From assembly GCA_043228905.1 (NCBI GenBank), contig JBHGNT010000005.1:868001-932000 (forward strand): DNA of 64,000 nt. The letters are read 5' to 3'. Shown here piece by piece: positions 1-9,128 of this stretch; within the stretch, counting starts at the first letter, position 1; each line of letters begins with the position of its first letter. Source of the stretch: Azolla caroliniana. Taxonomy: Eukaryota > Plantae > Polypodiophyta. Both the position numbers and the translations under genes were made by a program. The notes below the pieces were generated by a model. That model ran no database searches, was not told the DNA's origin, and worked only from the letters and a program-made list of their open reading frames with translations.

Positions 1-118
1 ACTTGGTGAAGCGGAAGAGGCTCTCGACGGAGCCGGAACCGGAGAAGCCGGTGGAGGTGCGGACTACGCACTTAGAAGACACAACCCTAGAAGACGAGTT
101 GGCGGAAACCCACTACGA

Positions 119-775
119 TGTCGTGAAGAAAACCGTCCACAAGCGGAATCGGTGCACCGGAGCGTAGGAACCGGCTCTTCATGCACGTGCGTCTTATGTA
201 ATACAAAAGAGGGAATTAGGTACATAGAAGATCCTAGGTAGGTAGATTCGGTAGGTAGGAAGTTAATGGGAAATGGCTCCTTCCTTGCCTATAAAAGGAG
301 GGAGACGAGGAGGGGAGACAGGATCGCAGAGAGTCGAGGACGAAGTGCTGTCGGTTTGTGGGCGAAGGCTTCTCTCTCTCTCTCTCTGGCTCGCAAACTC
401 CATAGCTTCTTTCTGTGCAGGTTTCGGGAGGCTCGCGCTGCTCTGAGGAATGCCCGAGTGCTTCCGGCAGCACCTCCAACCTGCTCCTTTCTTTCTGTGC
501 GTTTACGAACAGGCATCGGCATCTGTTCGCCGGCCTGTTCGGTTGTAACCGACTTCGTGTTTTTGTTGTTTGTCTCTGTTAATATATACTTACATACCGT
601 TGTGCCTCTCTGTGTTGTTTTCCACGCTCGCGTCTTCGTGTCGAAGGGCCGTGTCCCTGTGGATCTACGCCCACACGTAGTGGGTTCCTTCCTTTCTCCT
701 TTCCCTATTTGCTCTTCGGTACAAGACCCTCGAGGTCCCGCCTCATTCCACGCATCCGCGAGGAGTACCTCGACA
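119..775 (+). repeat. 5' LTR of A
   Basis: Direct repeat of 6516-7172 with about 16 substitutions by eye. TATAAAA at 290-296. Confidence 0.97.
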
Positions 776-778
776 TCT

Positions 779-796
779 TGGTGAACCCGACGTGAA
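779..796 (+). promoter_or_regulatory. Primer-binding site complementary to tRNA-Trp
   Basis: TGGTGAACCCGACGTGAA is the reverse complement of the 3' 18 nt of plant tRNA-Trp(CCA) as I recall it (UUCACGUCGGGUUCACCA). It lies 3 nt after the LTR. Confidence 0.9.
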
Positions 797-818
797 AGAG
801 GCGGCAGAAGAGAAGAAG

Positions 819-2945
819 ATGAAAGGGTCGGATCTTGCGAAGGCCATGGCTTCGGCCGTGGATCGGATATTGAGCGCACGCGAGGGCTCCGGCGCCCTCG
901 ACAGAGCCATTGAGGCGGTCGTCGGTACGATCAGCCGGTTCAGCGGAAAGGATGCCACGAAGTATTTGGCGTCCTACGAGGCAGAAATGCTGATGCGGGA
1001 CATTCCGGAAGAGAGGCGTCTTGCCGGGTTCCCTCGAGTGGCGATGCCGAGCATCCATGCGGAGGTGCTCGAGGTGCGGGCGGAGAGCCGTACCTGGGAG
1101 GAGTTCGAAGGTCGACTCCTAGAAAAATACGGGCTGGACGACGCGCTCCGGCTTTCGAAACGGGACTTCATGGAGTGGGTGGAGTCCCCCGGCAAGGGAA
1201 GAAACGCGTCGGCACTCCTCCGGGAGTTTGAAGAACGCTTTGCGCGTCTTTCGGCGCTTGACCGAACCATTCTGGATACGAGCTGGGTCCTACTGTTCGT
1301 CAAGTTGGTGGACGAGCGGGACCGGGATCAAGTCGGCTCCTTGCTGGAAACCGAAGACGGGCTGACGACCGACTGGGCTGCGGTTAAGAGAGTCTGTGGC
1401 CGTTTCGACAAACGGCGAGAATGGGCTGACAACGGGGCGGCTGGTGCGGGCTCTATCACAACAAGGAGGCTTGAACCGGCACCGCAAGGGCGAAGGGAAG
1501 AAACCCGGGAATGGCTCGAAACCGGTCCGGCTTCGACCAGCATGGTCAGTGGCTCGTCTGGAGGAGCAGCGCTGGAGGAGTTGACGCGGGCGATAAAGGA
1601 TCTCCAGATCGCCCAGACTTGAAGGGAAGGCGGCGAACCGGCTCGTGACCGACGGCCGGTGGCAGGGAACAGGTGCATGTGGTGCGACGAGGTCGGCCAC
1701 ATCCGGAAGGATTGCGGCGATTTCGCAGAAGCGTTGAGGAACCGGGTGGTGTACCTGTGGGAAAGCCGGGTGCACGCCGGCGACACCAGAAGGGCCCTAA
1801 AACGAAACGACGAGCGAGGAGGAATGAAGAGACTGATGGAAGAGGCAGCGGCCTGACACGTGGAGGCCATCCACTACTCGGCGTCGACCGACATTCGGGT
1901 CGGGGGCAGCGAGGCCCGAAAGGAGGGCAAAGACGGATTCTGGTCGGCAATGCTGGAAGGTCTTGCCGGCGCACGGCTAAGGAAAGATGAAACGGACCGC
2001 GCTGAGAGACGGGTCCGGGAAATAACCGGGTGGAGTGATCCGGTCGAGGAGAAGACGAGCTTCGTAGAAGCCGCCTGCCGGAACTACGAGGCTCTGGTAG
2101 AAGACAAACAAGTGGGGAAAGCCGGAGCGGCCGGGCCCTCACAACGGTACGAGACCCGATTCGGGCAACGACGGAATGATGCCGGTGGGTCCAGCTCGCA
2201 AGATAACCCCAGGAAGGGCGGATACCGACTGGGGACGGAAATAGAAAGGACTACGGACCTACGAAAGGTCCTAGAGGAACGGATCCTCGACAGCAAGGTG
2301 GAGCTGTCATTGCAAGAGGTGCTAGGGATCGCCAAGAAGGAGTTCCACGACTCCATTGTGGACCTGGTGAAACGGAAGAGGCTGTCGACGGAGACGGAAC
2401 CGGAAAGACCGGTGGAGGTGCGGACGACGCACATCGACGACTTGGCGCTGGAAGATGAGTGGGCGGAGAGCCACTATTCGAGGCCGCACTGGGCCCGAGC
2501 GACCACGGAGACCCCGGTAAAGATCGGAGATGTTCAGGAACCGGTGGTGGCACTGGTGGACCACGGTTCGGAAATAAACCTGATGTCCATGGACTTCTAC
2601 AAAAAGGGAAAGTGGCCGATCAACACCAAGCACGGGTGGAAGATACGGGCGGCGACACGCGCCACCGAGGAACTGCACGGGGCCTGCCCAAACGTGCGAG
2701 TAAAGATCGGCGACGTCGAGATTGACCAGCACTTCTTCGTACAAGAGAGGTCCTCGCACCCGGTCATATTAGGGGAACCATACATCACGGCGGCGCGAAT
2801 GGAGACCAAGGTGCTGGACAACGGTTTGGCCTACGCGAGGGTCAAAAGCCAGGACGGGCGCCATTGGGTCCAATTTCTGACGGTACGGCCGAACCACGAG
2901 CGAAACCGCGAATCCCTCGGTGGCGAGAACCGGGAGGATTTTTAG
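819..2945 (+). pseudogene. gag: gag-protease ORF of A with two in-frame TGA stops (1620, 1854)
   Basis: One frame. CCHC knuckle CMWCDEVGHIRKDC, aspartic protease ALVDHGSEINLM...ILGEPY, ends EDF-TAG. Confidence 0.9.
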
Positions 2946-3002
2946 AGAGGGCTGCCAAGGCGTGGGGCCGAGACAGTCCGGACACTCGGGAAAGACCCCA
3001 CG
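2936..3002 (+). promoter_or_regulatory. Predicted -1 ribosomal frameshift signal (slippery heptamer plus H-type pseudoknot)
   Basis: G GAU UUU UAG, 6-nt spacer, stem 1 2949-2956/2972-2979, stem 2 2961-2967/2996-3002. pol is in the -1 frame. Conserved in H, B and E. Confidence 0.8.
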
Positions 3003-6000
3003 ACTGTACGATAGAACCGAAATCGAAGGAACCCTGTACGATAGGTAGGAAATTTTTCTTCTCCGACAACGGAGGGTGTATGATAGTCGGCATCGTTGGC
3101 CGAGAAAAGACAAGGGCGGAAGTGCGACTTCAAGCGTGCGGAGTTCTTGGCCCGGACGAGGAAATCAGCGGGGCCGTGGAGGCGGTCTCCTTCGACGACA
3201 CCTTGGGGATGCTGAGGAAGGTAGCCGGAGAAGACCTTAACGAAGACCGGACGATACCGGTATGTTCCGAAGAGATGTACGAAGTCATCGCGAACTTCAG
3301 CCAGGGGCTCCGGTCGGATCAGACGGCCCGAGTTAGCACGAAGTACAAGACTGTGGACCAGAAGGTAAGGCCAGTCGCGGCACCCTTACCGGAGGGCAGC
3401 GAGTTCCGAATCAGAGGGGTTGCGTCGGACCCCAGTTTACGAGATCCGGCCTGCATAGGACACACCTTCACCGACGGGACGCTCCGGGAGCTCAAGATCG
3501 GTGGGGGCGGGTTCCTACTGCCGGCGGAGGAAGACCGGTTTCGGAGAATGCTCGGAAGGCACGGGAAAGCCTTCACATTCTCACCGGAAGAGATCGGGTG
3601 CGTAGACCCGACAATCGTGGAGCCGATGATGATATTCACGGTACCGCATGTACCGTGGAATCTCAAGCCGATTCCAGTACCGAGAGCTCACATCCCGAAG
3701 TTGATGGAGCTATTGAGGCAGAAAGTCGATATGGGCATTCTCGAACCGTCGAGTGCCCCATACTCGAACCGATGGTTTACCGTGCCAAAGAAAAACGGAA
3801 CATTGCGCTTCATTCAAGACCTGCAGCCGGTCAACAGAGTGACCATTCGGAACGCAGGAATCGGACCGACCATAGACGAGTTCGCGGAGGCCTTCGCCGG
3901 AAGGTCGATTTACTCGGTCGGTGATCTGTACTCGGGGTACGACCAGTTCCAGCTAGCCGTGGAGAGCAGAGACATTACGACGATGCGAACCCCCCTCGGC
4001 CTAGTGCGAATGTGTACCATGCCGCAAGGAGCGACCAACTCGGTGGCCCACATGGTGAATGCAATGAACAAGGTACTGAGGGATTGCATCCCGGACATCA
4101 CCATGCCGTTTCTAGACGACATCCCTATCAAAGGGTGCCCGGTGGAAGAGAAGGACGAGACACTCGGACCGGACGGATGCCGGCGATTCGTGGCAACACA
4201 CATCGACGACTGCGAGAAGGTGCTACAAAGGCTAGAGGATGTGAGGCTCACCTCCTCCGGGGAGAAATCGGCCTTCAGGCAATCAGAAATCCTGGTGGTC
4301 GGACACCTATGTGGACCATATGGCCGGAAGCCGTCTCCGGCAAAGGTAGAAGCCATCTCCGCGATGAAGACCGACTGTAGCTCGGTTACGGAAGTTCGGA
4401 GGTTCCTGGGGGCATGCACGTTCTACCACATATGGATCCCGTATTACGCCCACGTTGCGGAGCCGCTATACGGGTTGCTGAAGAAAGGGCGAAAATTAGA
4501 GTGGCGAGACGAGCACACGGAGTCGGTCCGGAAGTTGAAGGAAGCTCTTGCGGCAGCACCGGCGCTCCGGAAGGCTGTCTACGAGAAGGGTACCCCGGTA
4601 TACATAACGGTGGATACGAGTCCGACCGGGATCGGATGGGTTGTCAACCAAGAAGACGGGGACGGCATTCGGTTCCCGATCCGATTCGGCGCGAAGGTCC
4701 TCAGTGAGCGACAGCGAGGGTACTCCCAGGTTAAACGCGAACTCTGGGGTATCGTTTCGGCAGTAAAGGCCGACAAAGACTACCTGATCGGGACAGAAGT
4801 GATTATCGAGACGGATTGCCTACCAATTCTCGGCATGGTTTCCGGATGCGCGACACTGGACCTAGCGATGCTCAGGTGGATAGCGTACATCAAGTCCCTA
4901 GATCTGGAAATACGGCACATTTTCGGAAAGGACAACGCCATAGCCGACATGCTTTCGAGGGCGAGGTTTGATGACGAGGGCGGCATGGTTTCGGAGGACG
5001 AAGAAGTCGGCGTGGACTTCTTCGAGGCGGCGTACGTGACGACCGATGGGATGAGCACTCCGGCACTTAACGGCTTCGACGAGAGCAAGTACGACGGCGA
5101 GTGGCTCCAGATCGGTGGATTTTTGAGGACAATGACGCCGGATGCGTCATGGACGAAGGACGAGGCCAACCGGATCCGGAAGAAAGCTTACCGATTCTTT
5201 CTCCGGGACGGATACTTATGGAAGCACCCGAAGAAGAGGAACGACGTCCCGCTCCGGGTGGTGGCGATGAAGGAAGAACAGGAGGAGCTGCTGACGGCTT
5301 ACCACGACAGCCCTTGGGCTGGACACCGTGGAACGTGGGCCACGTTCGAGAAGATAAAGGGGAAGTATTGGTGGCCGGGACTGTACCGGGACGTGCATTG
5401 GTTCGTGACAACTTGCGAGAGCTGTCAAATGCACTCCGTAGTCCGACATCGGGACGAGCTTCACCCTACGTATCCTCCTCCGACCATCCACTTCAAATGG
5501 ATGGTAGACCTGGTGACGATGCCGATGGGAGTAGGACAGATGCGGTATCTGGTCCTGGCTCGGGAAGATCTGACGAACCAGGTGGAAGGCCGGGCCCTTC
5601 AGAACAAAACGACCGCGGCCGTATGTCGGTTCCTGATTGAGGACGTGATATGCCGGTACGGGTGCGTCGGGAAGATCGTGGCTGATCGCGGGGAGTTGGA
5701 CGTCGAAGAGGCCGAGGAGCTGTTCGACCGGCTAGGAGTCAACCTCTCGCTTACCACTGCGTACAATCCGGAGGCAAATGGGAAGGTGGAGCGCGGACAC
5801 GGACCGATCGTCAAGGTGCTAGTTCGGGCATGCGGAGGACAAGTCGGGAACTGGCCGCGGCTATTGCCTTATGCGTTGTGGGCGGACCGAACTACGCACA
5901 GTTCGGTAACCGGATTCATGCCGGCAGAGCTCATGTTTGGGCAGAAGCCGATCATGCCGATGGAACGTATGATCTCCTCATGGGCAACCGTGGATTGGAG

Positions 6001-6442
6001 AGACGAGATGAGCCGGGAGGAACTGTTGACGGCGCGCATACGGCAGCTCGAGTGAAGACCGGAGGACGTGGAGCAGGCTGCGGAAAAGCTTCGGGTGGCA
6101 AGGACGAGGAACAAAGCCCGGTTCGACCGGACGCACCGGCTTCGACCGAAGAAGATCGAGGAAGGCGACTGGGTGCTAGTCTATGACAGCAGCCTCGACA
6201 ACCAACACCGAGCGACACGGAAGTTCGCAAGAAGGTGGTTCGGGCCTTACGTGGTACAAAGCGCCAACGACAACGGGACGTACCATCTGGCGGAACTCGA
6301 CGGCAAGAGAATGGCGATACCGGTAGCTGGGAAGCGGATCAAAGTGTTCAAGAAGCGTCACGACGACGGCCCGGATCCGGTTAACCTGGACTACGACGAC
6401 GAACGATCCGAAACCGAGGAAGAACCGACGAGCGGGGAATGA
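2942..6442 (+). pseudogene. pol: pol (RT-RNase H-integrase) of A with one in-frame TGA at 6053
   Basis: RT DLYSGYDQ and PFLDDIP; RNase H VDTS, KRELWG, ETD; HHCC; DDE core (VDLV, ADRGE, KVERGH); GPY motif. Confidence 0.95.
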
Positions 6443-6502
6443 AGACTGGACCGGTTTTCTCCGTCCCAACTCAATTTGGCGCATGCCGGTGGATGTGCGG
6501 TT

Positions 6503-6515
6503 AGGTGGGGGCGGA
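6503..6515 (+). promoter_or_regulatory. Polypurine tract of A
   Basis: AGGTGGGGGCGGA abuts the 3' LTR. Equivalent motif in B, E, F and H. Confidence 0.8.
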
Positions 6516-7172
6516 TGTCGTGAAGAAAACCGTCCACAAGCAGAATCGGTGCACCGGAGCGTAGGAACCGGCTCTTCATGCACGTGCATCTTATGTAATA
6601 CAAAAGAGGGAATTAGGTATATAGAAGATCCTAGGTAGGTAGATTCGGTAGGTAGGAAGTTAATGGGAAATGGCTCCTTCCTTGCCTATAAAAGGAGGGA
6701 GACGAGGAGGGGAGAGGGGATCGCGGGGAGTCGAGGACGAAGTGCTGTCGGTTTGTGGGCGAAGGCTTCTCTCTCTCTCTCTCTGGCTCGCAAACTCCAT
6801 AGCTTCTTTCTGTGCAGGTTTCGAGAGGCTCGCGCTGCTCTGAGGAATGCCCAAGTGCTTCTGGCAGCACCTCCAACCTGCTCCTTTCTTTCTGTGCGTT
6901 TACGAACATGCATCGGCATCTGTTCGCCGGCCTGTTCGGTTGTAACCGACTTCGTGTTTTTGTTGTTTGTCTCTGTTAATATATACTTACATACCGTTGT
7001 GCCTCTCTGTGTTGTTTTCCACGCTCGCGTCTTCGTGTCAAAGGGCCGTGTCCCTGTGGATCTACGCCCGCACGTAGTGGGTTCCTTCCCTTCTCCTTTC
7101 CCTATTTGCTCTTCGGTACAAGACCCCCGAGGTCCCGCCTCATTCCACGCATCTGCGAGGAGTACCTCGACA
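6516..7172 (+). repeat. 3' LTR of A
   Basis: Repeat of 119-775. Confidence 0.97.
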
Positions 7173-8324
7173 ACGCGAAGCCGCATTGGGCCAGGGCAAC
7201 TATGGAAACCCCTGTGCAGATGGGCGACGTTCCGGAACCGGTGGTGGCCTTGGTAGACCATGGATCCGAAATCAACCCTGATGTCCATGGATTTCTACAA
7301 GAAGGGTAAATGGCCAATCAACACCAAGCATGGGTGGAAGATACGCGCGACGACGCGTGCTACGGAGGAGCTGCATGGTGCGTGCTCGAATGTACGCGTA
7401 AAGATCGGTGACGTCGAGATAGATCAACATTTCTTCGTGCAGGAAACATCCTCGCACCCGGTGATTCGCGACGAACTGTACATCACGGTAGCACGCATGG
7501 AGACGAAGGTGTTGGACAACGGTTCGGCGTACGTGTGCATCAAGAGCCAAGACGGTCGACATTCCGTCCAATTCATGATTGTACGTCCCAACCATGAGAG
7601 GAATCGCGAGACCCTCGGTGGCGACAACCGAGGGGATTTTAAGAGAGGGCTATCAAGGCGTGGGGCCGTGGTAGTCTGGACGTACCGGAAGAACCTCACA
7701 CATGTACAGTAGATAGGAAGTTTTGGTTCTCCGAAAACGGAGGTTGTACTATAGCCGGCGTTAGCGGCCGGGAGAGGAAGCGAGCGGAGGAGCGGCTCAG
7801 GGGATGCAGAGTCCTCTCCCCTAACGAAGAAATCAGCGGCGCTGTGGAGGCGGTTTCTCTTGACGACACCTTGGGCGAGTTGCGAAAGGTGATCGGTGAA
7901 GAACTTAGAGAAGACTGGACCGTTCCGGTTAGTTCGATGGGAATGTACGAAGTCATCGCAGACTTCGGGGAAAGGATCGGGTCGGATCGGACAGCCCGCG
8001 TGGATACAAAGTACAAGACTGTGGACCGGAAGGTGAGGCCAGTCGCGGCACCCTTGGCGGAGGGCAGTGAGGAGCGGATAAAAGGGGTCGCGTCGGACCC
8101 GAGTTTACGGAATCCGGTTGGCATAGGGCACTGGTTCACTGACATAACGCTACGGGAGCTCAAGGTCGGTGGGGGTGGCTTTCTACTACCGGCGGAGGAG
8201 GACAAGTTTCGAAGAATGCTCGGAAGGCATGGGAAAGCCTTTGCGTTCTCGCCGGAGGAGATTGATTGCATGGACCCGACGATCGTCGAACCGATGGTGA
8301 TCTTCACGGTACTTCATGTACCGT
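7173..8324 (+). pseudogene. Protease, frameshift region and pol start of host element H
   Basis: ALVDHGSE; GGATTTT at 7634-7640; KYKTVDRKVRPV. Frameshifted. Confidence 0.88.
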
Positions 8325-9052
8325 TGTCGCGTTGCTACGCGCGTGCGTGGAGAACAAGGCGGGACCACTGGGGTCTTGGACCGAGGAATAGGTGAGAAAA
8401 GGGAGAGAGAGAGAGACGCTCACACACGTATAGACAAAGAAGCGCATGGGGACGTGGCCCAACAACACAGGAGACACGAGTTGAGAGACACGAGTTGAGA
8501 GACACGAGTTGAGAGACACGAGTTGAGAACACTAGCGTATGTATATAAATATGTGTATGTATTTGTATGTATGCAGACGACTCGAACGGTTACAGCCGAT
8601 CAGGTCGGCGAGATGGATGCCGGTGCCTAATCACCCACGCACGCAGGGGAGCAATATGGAGATTCTGCCGGAAGCACACGGGCGTTCCACGAAGCAGAAT
8701 CAGCCTCCTGAGAACCTGCGCAAAAGAAATCTATGGAGAACGACAGTGAAGAAGAGCTCGGTCCCAGTCCGACAGCACTTCGTCCCCTCTAGCGCGCGAT
8801 TCTCTCCTTCTCTCCCCATCTCCCTCTCTTTTATAGCTCAAGGAGGGAGGCCGTTTCACCCGTTTACATCACATTAATTCTTTGTCCTTTTGGACAGAGA
8901 TACTCCTCGATTTCCCCTATAGAATATTGCTACCTAGGGTTTGACTTTCGTACCTACCTATCTACTATACAACAAGGGACGTGCCCACGTGTAAGGGCCG
9001 GTTCACACACGCTATACACGGTTTGCGCCTGGGGACGGTTTTCTTCACGACA
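8325..9052 (-). repeat. 3' LTR of B (728 bp, four copies of a 14-mer)
   Basis: Matches 26039-26724 plus 42 extra bp. Confidence 0.95.
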
Positions 9053-9128
9053 TCCACCCCCACCTAACCGCGCATCCACTGGTATGCGCCAAAATTGGGT
9101 TCCTACGGGAGAAAACCGATCCTTGCTT

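Larger units (their letters stand above)
119..7172 (+). mobile_element. Full-length Ty3/gypsy element A
   Basis: Two 657-bp LTRs (TGTCG...CGACA), PBS, PPT, gag-PR then RT-RH-IN. 4-bp target duplication ACGA/ACGC with one mismatch. Confidence 0.97.

Noticed and set aside
266-879. ORFs of 170-200 aa on both strands in the A LTRs, and similar ORFs in other LTRs
   Set aside because: They cross microsatellites, have no domain motifs and are not kept between LTR subtypes.
1620-1856. TGA codons in A gag as programmed readthrough
   Set aside because: Sister copies have Arg codons at these positions, so CpG decay explains them.
6300-6442. Chromodomain at the integrase C-terminus
   Set aside because: Only a short, variable acidic tail follows the GPY module.
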